NCBI GenBank assembly: GCA_964617285.1
Contig: CAZTXJ010000006.1
Span: 1-52,789 of the forward strand
DNA from: an uncultured Calditrichaceae bacterium
Lineage (GTDB): Bacteria; Calditrichota; Calditrichia; RBG-13-44-9
DNA: 52,789 bases
Direction of reading: 5' to 3'
Shown here: piece after piece, positions 1-9,222 of the stretch
How positions within the stretch are numbered: the first letter of the stretch is position 1
Layout: every line of letters starts with the position of its first letter
The notes under the pieces: model-generated
What the model saw: the letters and a program-made list of their open reading frames with translations, nothing else
Told to the model about the DNA's origin: nothing
Databases searched by the model: none
Translations under genes and position numbers: made by a program

Positions 1-789
1 CGTCCCAGGATCGTGATACTGAACTATCCGGCAAATCCGACCGGACGAACATATCCGGAAGATGAATTAAAGTCTCTGGCAAATGTGGCCCGGCAAAACC
101 GGGTGGTCCTGTTATCCGATGAAATTTATGGTGAATTGCACCATGAGGGGAAGCATATTTCCATTGCCCGCTTTTATCCGGAGGGGACTATCGTCAGTGG
201 TGGGCTCAGTAAATGGTGTGGCGCAGGCGGCTGGAGGCTGGGTACATTTGTCTTTCCCAAATCGCTTCACTGGTTAATGGATGCCATGGCAGTGGTTGCG
301 AGCGAAACTTTTACCTCCACCAGTGCACCAATTCAATATGCTGCGGTTCGGGCATTTCATGGAGGTATCCAGATCGAACGTTATCTCTGGAATTCCCGCC
401 GAATTTTAAAGGCCCTGGGAGACCATATTGCCAATAAATTGAAAACATCAGATATTAAAGTATCCTGCCCGCAGGGGGCGTTCTATTTATTTCCGGACTT
501 TAAAAAATATAAAAAGCAGTTACATAAAAGAAAGATTTTAACCAGCGATATGTTATGTGACCGGTTAATCCAGGAAGCCGGCGTGGCCATTCTTCCTGGC
601 ACCGTCTTCGGCAGAGAATCCAGCGAGTTGACTGCAAGACTTTCTTATGTTGATTTTGATGGTACACGCGCACTTGCTGCATCGGAACAGATTCCCCCGG
701 AAAAAATATTGGATGAACAATTTCTGACTCATTATTGTGGTCATACTCTTGACGCGATTGACGAGTTGATTAATTGGATTCAGAAATAG
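1..789 (+). CDS. class I/II PLP-dependent aminotransferase, 5'-truncated by the window edge
   Basis: Frame 1 is open from base 1 (RPRIVILNYPANPTG...). NYPANPTG and SKWCGAGGWRLG match the conserved N-x-P-x-N-P-T-G and SKxxxxxGxRxG (PLP lysine) regions of fold-type I aminotransferases. Stop at 787-789. Confidence 0.8.
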   Translation, partial: RPRIVILNYPANPTGRTYPEDELKSLANVARQNRVVLLSDEIYGELHHEGKHISIARFYPEGTIVSGGLSKWCGAGGWRLGTFVFPKSLHWLMDAMAVVASETFTSTSAPIQYAAVRAFHGGIQIERYLWNSRRILKALGDHIANKLKTSDIKVSCPQGAFYLFPDFKKYKKQLHKRKILTSDMLCDRLIQEAGVAILPGTVFGRESSELTARLSYVDFDGTRALAASEQIPPEKILDEQFLTHYCGHTLDAIDELINWIQK

Positions 790-896
790 CGGCATAAAAA
801 TAAAGTGAAATAAATCTGCAAATTTCCCGGTTTATCCCCGCCTTTATTGATAAAGATTCTCAATAGAGTTTTATAAAATATAAAGTTATATATTTC

Positions 897-925
897 TTGA
901 TAAAAATTTTTGCTTATAGTATATT
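897..925 (+). promoter_or_regulatory. putative sigma70-type promoter of the sdh operon
   Basis: TTGATA (897-902), a 17-nt spacer, then TATATT (920-925), about 80 nt upstream of the sdhC ATG. Pattern match only. Confidence 0.3.
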
Positions 926-1003
926 TTTCTCAAGCGACTTTTATTTTTGAGATAATCTGGTGTTTTACCACATCCTTTAAAACATAACTCAGGAGAAGTA
1001 ATT

Positions 1004-1339
1004 ATGCGATACGTAAAACATTACGGTACCTGGGGGTATATACTGCATCGTTTATCCGGTTTGGCACTTACCGGTTATATCCTCATTCACATCTATCTGG
1101 TTAGTGGTCTGCACAATAAGCCCGGTTGGCAGGATGAGATGCAGATATTCCGGCATCCGCTGCTGATGGTGCTGGAGTGGTGTCTCTTTAGTGTGGTTGT
1201 CTATCATTCGCTAAATGGTATTCGGATCTTTTTGGTTGATTACTTCAATGGAGCCCGATACCAAAAACAACTTTTAACCGGCGTTCTCGTGTTAAGTGTT
1301 ATTCTCTTCTTTGGCATGGGCGCAATCATGTTTTTATAA
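1004..1339 (+). CDS. sdhC: succinate dehydrogenase cytochrome b subunit
   Basis: 111-aa hydrophobic protein with about 3 TM segments and conserved His residues. It is the first gene of a C-D-A-B array directly upstream of the flavoprotein, with an AGGAG RBS upstream. Confidence 0.7.
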   Translation: MRYVKHYGTWGYILHRLSGLALTGYILIHIYLVSGLHNKPGWQDEMQIFRHPLLMVLEWCLFSVVVYHSLNGIRIFLVDYFNGARYQKQLLTGVLVLSVILFFGMGAIMFL

Positions 1340-1365
1340 CCACTATATCCAAAGGAGGATAGAAA

Positions 1366-1731
1366 ATGTCATTTAAATATGAAGGTTCCAGTACATCGGG
1401 CTCATTTGGCTGGTATTTCCAGAGAGTGACCGGTATTGTTTTATTTATCCAGGTCTTAGTCCATTTTTATATTGCCCATAACACCTGGGATTCCGGTCAT
1501 GATTGGGCAACTATTGTAGAGAGATTATCCAATCCATACATGCGTATGTTTTACCTGGTTTTTGTGGCCCTGGGCTTATGGCATGGTCTCAACGGATTAT
1601 GGTCGGTCATCCGGGATTACCATATGAAACCCGGTTGGCGAAAAACCATTTTTGGGGCGATTGTGGTCATAGGGGTTTTTATTGGCGTATTGGGATTTAT
1701 CACCATGCTCACTTTGCCGGAAGTCCAATAA
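1366..1731 (+). CDS. sdhD: succinate dehydrogenase hydrophobic membrane anchor subunit
   Basis: 121-aa membrane protein between sdhC and sdhA, with an AAGGAGG RBS. The call rests on position and hydrophobicity. Confidence 0.65.
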   Translation: MSFKYEGSSTSGSFGWYFQRVTGIVLFIQVLVHFYIAHNTWDSGHDWATIVERLSNPYMRMFYLVFVALGLWHGLNGLWSVIRDYHMKPGWRKTIFGAIVVIGVFIGVLGFITMLTLPEVQ

Positions 1732-1795
1732 ATGTTGAATTGTAAAAACAAAATCAATAAAAGTATGAAATTTAAATAGAGAAAAAGAGGTCGAA

Positions 1796-3526
1796 ATGAT
1801 TGTTAAACATGACGTGGTGATTGTTGGAGCAGGATTAGCCGGATTGCGGGCTGCTTTGGAAGCGTCGCACAAATACGATGTGGCAGTGATTTCCAAACTG
1901 TTTCCAACCAGATCACATAGCGGAGCAGCACAAGGCGGAATAGCGGCTTCATTGGGAAATGTTGAAGAAGATCATATCGATTGGCATTTTTTTGATACGG
2001 TAAAAGGAAGTGACTATCTGGGAGATCAGAATGCCATTGAACTACTGGTAAACGATGCACATCCTGCCATTTATGAATTGGAACATATGGGGTGCCCCTT
2101 CAGCCGCACACTCGAGGGAAAAATTAATCAGAGAAAGTTTGGTGGACACACAAAAAATTATGGTGAAGGTCCGGTATTGAGAGCCTGTTTTGCTGCCGAC
2201 CGTACGGGTCATATGATTCTGCATACGCTTTATGATCAGTGTGTCAAAAATAATGTCCGGTTCTACTCCGAATTTTATATGACCGATTTGCTGGTTAAAG
2301 ATAACGTGATTCGTGGTGCTATCGCGTACGACATGACCAATGGTCAGTATGTAACTTTCCATGCAAAAGTGGTGATGTTTGGTACCGGTGGCTATGGTCG
2401 TGCCTTCCGTATCACCTCTAATGCCCACGCCAATACCGGGGATGGTCTGGGGGTTGTTCTCCGGGCTGGGCTGGCTCTGGAAGACATGGAATTTGTTCAA
2501 TTTCACCCCACCGGTGTTTATAAATACGGCATCCTGGTTAGTGAAGGTGCGCGTGGCGAAGGCGCTTATCTCCTGAATAATGCCGGGGAAAGATTTATGG
2601 AAAAATATGCCCCGAAATTGATGGAGCTTGCCCCCCGTGATTTGGCCTCCCGTTCTATTCAAACAGAAATTAATGAGGGACGAGGAATAAATGGTGAGGG
2701 TTATGTTCACCTGGACTTGCGACATCTGGGTGAGGCGAAAATTAACGAACGTCTTCCGGAGATCAGGAGTTTTTGTCGTAAAATTATTGGTATTGACCCG
2801 GTAAAAGAACCGATTCCCATCCAACCCACTGCCCATTACTCAATGGGTGGTATTCCGGTAACAGTAGATGGGGAAGTGCTGGGGGATGGTAAAACACAAA
2901 AAGTTGAGGGTTTTTATGCGGCAGGGGAATGTTCCTGTGTTTCTGTCCATGGAGCCAATCGTCTGGGCACCAACTCATTATTAGAGGCGGTAGTGTATGG
3001 ACGACGAGCAGGGAAAGCGATCGTTCAGTTTTTAACCAAAAATGGAATTGATAAGGCAGATCTACCGGAAGAGATGCTGAAAAACCTGATTGCCCGCGTG
3101 GAGCGATTCAAACAAAAAACGGGTAATGAAAAAGTGGGAAAAATACGGCTGGAGCTTCAGGAAACGATGATGTCGAAAGTTGGTGTTTTCCGGGAAGAGA
3201 AGTCCCTGCAAGAAGCGCTGGATAAAGTTCATGAACTGGAAAAGCGGGCGGAGAATATCCAGATTGACGACAAAGGCATGAAATTCAATACCGATTTAAC
3301 CGAAGCTATGGAACTGGATAATCTTCTGCATTTTGCAGAATTAATAGTCAAGGGTGCCCTAAATAGGCAAGAGAGCAGGGGTGCACAATACCGCAGAGAT
3401 TTTCCGAAGCGGGATGATGCGAATTGGTTGAAGCATACAATAGCAGTGAAAAAAGACGGGAAGATTGAATTTGATTATAAACCCGTTGTGATCACCAAAT
3501 TTCAGCCAAAAGAAAGGAAATACTAA
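1796..3526 (+). CDS. sdhA: succinate dehydrogenase / fumarate reductase flavoprotein subunit
   Basis: [14 protein letters not shown] dinucleotide fold; [10 protein letters not shown] covalent-FAD histidine motif; HPTG and [20 protein letters not shown] motifs typical of SdhA/FrdA. 576 aa. Confidence 0.95.
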   Translation: MIVKHDVVIVGAGLAGLRAALEASHKYDVAVISKLFPTRSHSGAAQGGIAASLGNVEEDHIDWHFFDTVKGSDYLGDQNAIELLVNDAHPAIYELEHMGCPFSRTLEGKINQRKFGGHTKNYGEGPVLRACFAADRTGHMILHTLYDQCVKNNVRFYSEFYMTDLLVKDNVIRGAIAYDMTNGQYVTFHAKVVMFGTGGYGRAFRITSNAHANTGDGLGVVLRAGLALEDMEFVQFHPTGVYKYGILVSEGARGEGAYLLNNAGERFMEKYAPKLMELAPRDLASRSIQTEINEGRGINGEGYVHLDLRHLGEAKINERLPEIRSFCRKIIGIDPVKEPIPIQPTAHYSMGGIPVTVDGEVLGDGKTQKVEGFYAAGECSCVSVHGANRLGTNSLLEAVVYGRRAGKAIVQFLTKNGIDKADLPEEMLKNLIARVERFKQKTGNEKVGKIRLELQETMMSKVGVFREEKSLQEALDKVHELEKRAENIQIDDKGMKFNTDLTEAMELDNLLHFAELIVKGALNRQESRGAQYRRDFPKRDDANWLKHTIAVKKDGKIEFDYKPVVITKFQPKERKY

Positions 3527-4236
3527 TGATACAGGTCAAAGTTAAAGTGTTTCGCTTCAATCCGGAGAATGGAGAGAAGAAACCACGTTTCGATGAATTT
3601 ACGGTTGAAGCCGATCCTAAAGAAAAAGTATTGGATTTACTCCACAGGATAAAATGGGAGCAGGATGGTACCCTGGCTTTTCGCAGATCATGTGCCCATG
3701 GAATTTGTGGCTCCTGTGCCATGAAGATTAATGGTGCCAATATGCTGGCCTGCGAAGCAAATTTGGCCAATTTCAGGGATCCGACCCGGATCACCGTGGA
3801 ACCATTGCAATCCCTGCCCATTCTGAAGGATCTGGTAGTGGATTTAAGGGACTTCTTCAAGAAATATGAGATTGTGAAGCCCTATCTCATCAATCGGACG
3901 CAGCCGCCTTCCCAGGAACGCTTACAATCCCCGGAGGACCGGGCATTGATAGACGAGGCCACCTGGTGTATTTTGTGTGCAGCCTGCACGACCTCCTGTC
4001 CGTCAAACTGGAAGAACCCGCAATTTTTGGGACCAGCCGCTCTGCTCAAGTCCTACCGATATTGCTTTGATACCCGGGATGAGGGCATCTCGGAGCGCAT
4101 TCATGTTTTGGACAATAACGATGGCGTCTGGCGTTGCCATACCATTTTCAACTGCGTGGAAGCATGTCCCAAGGAAATCAATATCACCTGGCATATTTCG
4201 CAGCTCAAGAAAAAATTGGTGAGCAGGGAACATTAG
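3526..4236 (+). CDS. sdhB: succinate dehydrogenase iron-sulfur subunit
   Basis: Three Cys clusters: CAHGICGSCAM (2Fe-2S), CILCAACTTSCP (4Fe-4S) and CHTIFNCVEACPK (3Fe-4S). The ATG overlaps the sdhA stop (TAATG). Confidence 0.95.
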   Translation: MIQVKVKVFRFNPENGEKKPRFDEFTVEADPKEKVLDLLHRIKWEQDGTLAFRRSCAHGICGSCAMKINGANMLACEANLANFRDPTRITVEPLQSLPILKDLVVDLRDFFKKYEIVKPYLINRTQPPSQERLQSPEDRALIDEATWCILCAACTTSCPSNWKNPQFLGPAALLKSYRYCFDTRDEGISERIHVLDNNDGVWRCHTIFNCVEACPKEINITWHISQLKKKLVSREH

Positions 4237-4257
4237 CGGATTGATTATTCCATAATG

Positions 4258-4290
4258 AAAAACCCCGGCAATAAATGACCGGGGTTTTTT
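4258..4290. terminator. bidirectional rho-independent terminator between sdhB and the convergent gene
   Basis: CCCCGG (4263-4268) pairs with CCGGGG (4279-4284), flanked by an A-run upstream and TTTTTT downstream. Confidence 0.8.
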
Positions 4291-4313
4291 ATTTCAATAT
4301 TTTAAAATTTTTA

Positions 4314-4886
4314 TTATTCAATTACAATAGATTGGGATAGCAGATTCTGATTTAAATCCACATTTATGTTTGACGCTTCATGTTTATTTATTACAAGTTT
4401 ATATCCTGCCTCGGTTTTTTGAATTCCCATAGCCACTAACGAATTTGTCACCATATTTTCATTGGTGGAAATTGTGGTCACCTGATTGTAACGGGCGCTT
4501 TCCCTGATGTTATTTATATAGTGATCCAGATCTGAAGTCAGCCAAAAAGCATTAATTTTCTTAATAATAATCTTCTTCTCCAGATTTAAGGATGGATCCA
4601 TGGGAATTTCCACAACACTGATTTTTTTATCATGCACCTTAATCTTTTTATTATCGTCAAGAGAGTTTACGATCAGATCTTTCTCATTTTCCGATAATGG
4701 GGATTGAGGATTATACAAGACTGCAATAACACAATTTTCCTTGATTTTATCTTTGATCGTATTATTCTGGTTGAGTGAAGTCAGAATTATTTTGGCCTGT
4801 TCTTTTGCTGATTCTTTATCCTGGGCAAAACCAAATGATACAAGAATGACTATGATTAATATGATGGGAACCATACGATTTATCAT
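4314..4886 (-). CDS. secreted hypothetical protein, possibly YfiR/DUF4154-like
   Basis: N-terminal signal-like hydrophobic segment (VPIILIIVILVSFGFA). Its overall pattern loosely resembles DUF4154. No catalytic motif recognised. Confidence 0.4.
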   Translation of the reverse strand: MINRMVPIILIIVILVSFGFAQDKESAKEQAKIILTSLNQNNTIKDKIKENCVIAVLYNPQSPLSENEKDLIVNSLDDNKKIKVHDKKISVVEIPMDPSLNLEKKIIIKKINAFWLTSDLDHYINNIRESARYNQVTTISTNENMVTNSLVAMGIQKTEAGYKLVINKHEASNINVDLNQNLLSQSIVIE

Positions 4887-5200
4887 TTTATTTTCCTCCT
4901 AAAGAGTTACATTTTTAAACGATAACTAAATTAATTTCCAATTTTTTCTTTTGATATTTCGCACAGGAAAAAGTTTCAGTTTTAGATAAAGGTAACTGAT
5001 TCTTTTACCTGGTCTCTGAATAAATGGCTAAGAACAAACGGGTATAAACGTTTGATTTTTCTATTTGTACCAAAGTAAATAAAATTCTTTATTAAGGCAA
5101 GTCTCAATTTGACATTTTTTATTTTTAAGGATTCTAGTCAGGATTTGCAATTTCTTTAAACTTGTTTTACCGGATCTTTGTTAATATATTTTTGCCGCAA

Positions 5201-5274
5201 GGGCGGTTAGCTCAGTTGGCTAGAGCGTTGCGCTCACATCGCAAAGGTCACTGGTTCAAATCCAGTACCGCCCA
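5201..5274 (+). tRNA. tRNA-Val (anticodon CAC)
   Basis: The cloverleaf folds by hand. Acceptor GGGCGGT/ACCGCCC, D-stem GCTC/GAGC, anticodon stem TTGCG/CGCAA with loop CT-CAC-AT, T-arm ACTGG-TTCAAAT-CCAGT, discriminator A. CCA is not encoded. Confidence 0.9.
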
Positions 5275-5369
5275 CAAAAAAACAAGATTAAAGGTAAAAG
5301 ATTAAAGATAAAAGAGTAAAAAAGAGAAAGAGTTAGAAGACACCTGCACCAAATGAAACCCTGAAAATT

Positions 5370-5500
5370 GTCCTGGCAGGTGGGGACAAAAAAACCTTTA
5401 ATACTGCCCGGTGAGGTAGTAAAGGACAAAAATGAAAAACAGAAATCGAAAAACTATCACATACAGAATGCCTTCGGTATTTTATCGGAGGCATTTTTTT
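5370..5500 (+). promoter_or_regulatory. pyr operon leader: two PyrR-binding-loop-like hairpins plus an intrinsic terminator (attenuator)
   Basis: Hairpin 1 (5370-5387) carries CCUGGCAGG. Hairpin 2 (5395-5425, stem CCTTTA/TAAAGG) carries CCGGUGAGG. Both fit CCNGNNAGG, as in the PyrR loop core UCCAGAGAGG. A strong terminator lies immediately before the pyrR start. Confidence 0.55.
5467..5500 (+). terminator. leader (attenuator) terminator upstream of pyrR
   Basis: An 11-bp stem AATGCCTTCGG / TCGGAGGCATT (with 2 G-U pairs), loop TATTTTA, followed by TTTTTTT. It ends 22 nt before the pyrR ATG. Confidence 0.8.
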
Positions 5501-5522
5501 ATTAATCACAGGAGTGATTTTT

Positions 5523-6071
5523 ATGGAAACCAAAACTAAAGCAGAATTGCTCTCCAAAGAAGATTTTAAACGTATTGTCACCCGCCTGGCCCACGAAATT
5601 CTGGAGAAGAATCGGGGTGTGGATAATCTGGTAATTATCGGGATAAGAACCAGAGGTGCCTATCTGGCCACCCGCATCGCAGAGACAATTGACCGGATCG
5701 AGAATGTTAAGATACCCACCGGGTTTTTGGATATTACCCTCTACCGGGATGATTTTCGTACCCGGTTAAAACAGCCTTCGGTGGAGGTTACCAATATCCC
5801 CTTCAAAATTGATGAAAAGAATATTGTCCTGGTTGATGATGTGCTCTATACCGGTCGAACCATTCGGTCTGCCCTTGATGCCCTGATGGATTTTGGTCGC
5901 CCAGCCCGCATATATCTGGCAGTATTGGTGGACCGTGGGCACCGGGAATTGCCAATCCGGCCGGATTTTGTCGGAAAAAATATTCCCACTTCAATTGGTG
6001 AAGAGGTTAAAGTATTGCTGGAAGAAGTGGATCTGGAAGATAAAGTGCTGTTGGTCGAACAACCAAATTAA
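5523..6071 (+). CDS. pyrR: bifunctional pyrimidine operon regulator / uracil phosphoribosyltransferase
   Basis: VLVDDVLYTGRTIRSA PRPP-binding motif and overall PyrR-like sequence, upstream of pyrB-pyrC. ATG at 5523 with an AGGAG RBS is preferred over the GTG at 5514 in the ORF track. Confidence 0.9.
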   Translation: METKTKAELLSKEDFKRIVTRLAHEILEKNRGVDNLVIIGIRTRGAYLATRIAETIDRIENVKIPTGFLDITLYRDDFRTRLKQPSVEVTNIPFKIDEKNIVLVDDVLYTGRTIRSALDALMDFGRPARIYLAVLVDRGHRELPIRPDFVGKNIPTSIGEEVKVLLEEVDLEDKVLLVEQPN

Positions 6072-6087
6072 AATAGATGGAGTTATT

Positions 6088-7020
6088 ATGACATTTCAGA
6101 GCAAACATTTACTGGGATTAGAGAGAACTTCTGCCGAGGACATTTTTACTATTCTTGATACAGCTAAATCATTTCGGGAAGTTTTGGATCGCCCCATAAA
6201 AAGATTGCCGACTTTACAGGGAAAAACTGTGGTCAATCTTTTCTACGAACCCTCCACCCGTACCCGCATTTCATTCGAATTGGCTGAAAAAAGACTTTCG
6301 GCGGATATTGTCAATTTTTCCGCTTCCACCAGTTCTGTGAAAAAGGGAGAAACACTGATTGATACGGTGAAAAATATTGAGGCCATGAAAATTGACATGG
6401 TAGTGGTGCGGCATTCGTCACCCGGTGCACCTCATTTACTTGCCCGGGTAATGAATGCAAATATTATCAATGCGGGAGACGGTGGTCACGAACATCCGAC
6501 CCAGGCACTGCTGGATATGTTTACCATTCGACAAAAACTGGGGGAGTTAAAAGGAAAAACTGTGGCGTTGGTAGGGGATATATCCCATTCCCGGGTGGCA
6601 ATGTCCAATATTCATGGTCTGAATAAATTGGGCGCAAAAGTGATTGTCTGCGGGCCTTCTACACTTATTCCCAGGGAGATCCAAAAACTCAATGTTGAGG
6701 TTTACCATAATATTGATGAAATCATTCCAAAAGTGGATGTATTGAATATATTGAGATTACAACTGGAAAGACAGAGAGAAGCGTTGTTTCCATCCTTAAG
6801 GGAATATCATAATTATTTTGGGATTACCCGGGAGCGCCTGGAGGGATCCACCAAACCGATCTTAATAATGCATCCCGGCCCGATGAACAGAGGAATTGAA
6901 ATTTCAAGTAATGTTGCGGATAGCGAACATTCGGTTATTCTGGAACAGGTGACCAATGGTGTGGCTATCCGCATGGCAGTCCTATTCTTATTGGCAGGAG
7001 GTCAAAGTGAGATTAACTAA
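6088..7020 (+). CDS. pyrB: aspartate carbamoyltransferase catalytic subunit
   Basis: FYEPSTRTRISFE (STRTR carbamoyl-phosphate motif), HPTQALLD, HPGPMNRG. Start chosen at ATG 6088 (MTFQSKHLL). The 5893 start in the ORF track overlaps pyrR and is an artefact. Confidence 0.95.
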   Translation: MTFQSKHLLGLERTSAEDIFTILDTAKSFREVLDRPIKRLPTLQGKTVVNLFYEPSTRTRISFELAEKRLSADIVNFSASTSSVKKGETLIDTVKNIEAMKIDMVVVRHSSPGAPHLLARVMNANIINAGDGGHEHPTQALLDMFTIRQKLGELKGKTVALVGDISHSRVAMSNIHGLNKLGAKVIVCGPSTLIPREIQKLNVEVYHNIDEIIPKVDVLNILRLQLERQREALFPSLREYHNYFGITRERLEGSTKPILIMHPGPMNRGIEISSNVADSEHSVILEQVTNGVAIRMAVLFLLAGGQSEIN

Positions 7021-8338
7021 AAATGTCAAAATATCCAGTAAAAGTTATCAGGCTTTACCAAAGAAGATTTTGTTAAAAGGTGGTCAGGTGGTTGATCCCT
7101 CCCAGGATTTATCGGTTGAAAAAGATATCTTGCTGGAAGGCGGGAAAATTAAGCAAGTAGGCGAGATTGATGAGAAATCTTTTGATGGAGATGTTCTGGA
7201 TTGTAAAGGAAAAATAATCTCTCCCGGTTGGATGGATATGCATGTACATCTTCGGGAACCCGGTTACGAAGGCAAGGAAACAATTGCTTCCGGGTGCCTT
7301 GCCGCAGCCAATGGTGGATTTACCGGCGTGTGCTGTATGCCTAATACCTCCCCACCAATAGATACCCAGGAAATCATTCAATATATAAAAGATCGTTCCA
7401 AAGGTTTTTTGGTAAACGTTTACCCTGTGGCGGCAATAACCAAAAAACGTGAAGGCAAAGAATTAAGCGAAATTCTGGAATTGGTTGAGCAAGGGGCAGT
7501 TGCCATATCCGATGACGGGAATCCGGTGATGAGTGCCGAGCTGATGCGAAGGGCTCTTGAGTATAGCAAAATGGTGGACATCCCGGTAATTGGTCACGAA
7601 GAAGACGCAAATATGACCGCCGGTGGAGATATGCATGAGGGATTTGTCTCTACCTGCCAGGGATTGCATGGCATGCCATCAGTGGCGGAAGAAATTATGA
7701 TTTCCCGGGATATTATGCTGGCGGAATATACCGGTGCACGATTCCATGTAGCACATATATCGACCCGAAACTCAGTTGAGCTGGTCCGGCACGCCAAGAA
7801 GAAGGGAATTCAAGTGACAGCTGAAGTAACACCTCACCATTTTATGCTCACCGATGAGGCTGTTCGAGAGTTTGATACCAATACCAAAATGAATCCTCCC
7901 CTGCGTACCGAATCGGACAGGCTGGCAATGCTGGAGGGTTTAAAAGATGGAACTATTGATGCCATCGCTACGGATCACGCACCTCATGCCTTTGAGGAAA
8001 AAGAGGCTGAGTATATTTATGCACCGTTTGGCATCGTGGGACTGGAAACAGCCCTTGGTCTGGCATTCACTGAACTTTTCCATAAAAAACTGCTTACCCT
8101 GAAAGAGATCATCTATAAATTTGCGGTCCGACCCTATGAAATATTAAATCTGGAGAAACCACAAATTAAAAAAGGAAAAATGGCCAACTTGACCCTCTTT
8201 ACCCAAAATGAAAAATGGCAGGTTACCGCATCCTCTTTTTTATCAAAGAGCCAAAATTCTCCATTTCTCGGTTGGGAGCTTTTGGGAAAACCATTTGTTG
8301 CGATTAATAATAACCAGATTTTTGTATCAAATCTTTAA
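7007..8338 (+). CDS. pyrC: dihydroorotase
   Basis: DMHVHLREPG metal-binding HxH motif and DHAPH motif. GTG at 7007 is preceded by AGGAGG (6996-7001), giving a 14-nt overlap with the pyrB end. Confidence 0.9.
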   Translation: MRLTKNVKISSKSYQALPKKILLKGGQVVDPSQDLSVEKDILLEGGKIKQVGEIDEKSFDGDVLDCKGKIISPGWMDMHVHLREPGYEGKETIASGCLAAANGGFTGVCCMPNTSPPIDTQEIIQYIKDRSKGFLVNVYPVAAITKKREGKELSEILELVEQGAVAISDDGNPVMSAELMRRALEYSKMVDIPVIGHEEDANMTAGGDMHEGFVSTCQGLHGMPSVAEEIMISRDIMLAEYTGARFHVAHISTRNSVELVRHAKKKGIQVTAEVTPHHFMLTDEAVREFDTNTKMNPPLRTESDRLAMLEGLKDGTIDAIATDHAPHAFEEKEAEYIYAPFGIVGLETALGLAFTELFHKKLLTLKEIIYKFAVRPYEILNLEKPQIKKGKMANLTLFTQNEKWQVTASSFLSKSQNSPFLGWELLGKPFVAINNNQIFVSNL

Positions 8339-8527
8339 TCTTAAGCGGCCAGGGATGGCGCTTATTTTTATAACGTTTCTGTTTAAGGATACACATCATA
8401 ATTTTTCGAAAAAGGTTTGCATACTATTTATGTAGCAAAAACGCTATACTTCCTGGTTCATTAATATTTCATTCTAGGAATCGATCTCCCAATTTTCAAA
8501 AAGAATAATTAGGTTACATCGTCGCAC

Positions 8528-8586
8528 TTTTCTCAATTAGTATGCCAATACTGGCGGTATTTCTGGCAAGTTGTCAATTGAGAAAA
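8528..8586. repeat. 11-bp perfect inverted repeat upstream of hsp20 (candidate operator)
   Basis: TTTTCTCAATT (8528-8538) and AATTGAGAAAA (8576-8586) are separated by 37 nt, about 150 nt upstream of the hsp20 ATG. Confidence 0.4.
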
Positions 8587-8735
8587 TTCACTTCCCTGAA
8601 ATTCAATACAATTTAAACCATTGAAAATCAACAAATTAATTATTGAAATAATCTTTTGGCATCATCTTTGTGTAAATAAAAGATAAGTTTGTTAAGTATA
8701 TAAAGACAAAAGATAAATATTAGGAGGATTTTAAA

Positions 8736-9122
8736 ATGTTTTCAGATGTTTACACCGGGATTCAGAAACGAGAAAATAAGAATCTTGAAAATACAAGATT
8801 GATCAAAGTTAAACCTCTGGTCAATGTTATCGAGACGGAAAATTCGGTAGTTCTACTGGCTGAAATGCCGGGAGTCCGCAAAAGCGATTTAAATGTAAAA
8901 GTAGAGAAGGGGCATCTGATATTAGAGGGTAAGAAAATTATCCGGGAAGAAGAAGGAAACTATATTTACCGCGAAACCCATGATGTCCTTTATGAAAGAG
9001 TATTCGAGATGGAAAAAGATCTGGATGTGCAAAAAGTAGAAGCTTCATACAATTCCGGTATTTTAAGAGTTGTGATTGCCAAGAAAGAAATTATGAAACC
9101 AAGAGTTATTGAAATTGGTTAA
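8736..9122 (+). CDS. Hsp20/alpha-crystallin family small heat-shock protein
   Basis: Alpha-crystallin domain pattern (PLVNVIETENSVVLLAEMPGVRKSDLNVKVEKGHLILEG ... YNSGILRVVI). AGGAGG RBS. Confidence 0.85.
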   Translation: MFSDVYTGIQKRENKNLENTRLIKVKPLVNVIETENSVVLLAEMPGVRKSDLNVKVEKGHLILEGKKIIREEEGNYIYRETHDVLYERVFEMEKDLDVQKVEASYNSGILRVVIAKKEIMKPRVIEIG

Positions 9123-9222
9123 TTATTTTTTTGGTTTGTGAAATTGAAATAAAGACATAATGATGAGAAATATTAATAAAAGTGATTTGAAATAAAGCCT
9201 TACGATAAGGAGGAAATTTAAA

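Noticed and set aside
2042-2836. 264-aa minus-strand ORF inside sdhA
   Set aside because: It is fully embedded antisense to a very confident sdhA reading frame, with no motifs. It is a chance open frame.
5286-5313. Tandem 14-mers GATTAAAGGTAAAA / GATTAAAGATAAAA in an A/G-rich tract after tRNA-Val
   Set aside because: There are only two copies within low-complexity A-rich sequence and no spacer-repeat periodicity. It is not a CRISPR array or a recognisable att site, and no integrase is nearby.
5333-5581. 82-aa minus-strand ORF spanning the pyr leader and the pyrR start
   Set aside because: It overlaps the attenuator structures and the confident pyrR start, and it has no RBS. It is a chance ORF.
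5893-6087. 5' extensions of the pyrB ORF (start 5893) and the pyrC ORF (start 6956) in the ORF track
   Set aside because: The extensions overlap the preceding genes and encode non-homologous sequence. Conserved N-termini with RBSs begin at 6088 (pyrB) and 7007 (pyrC).
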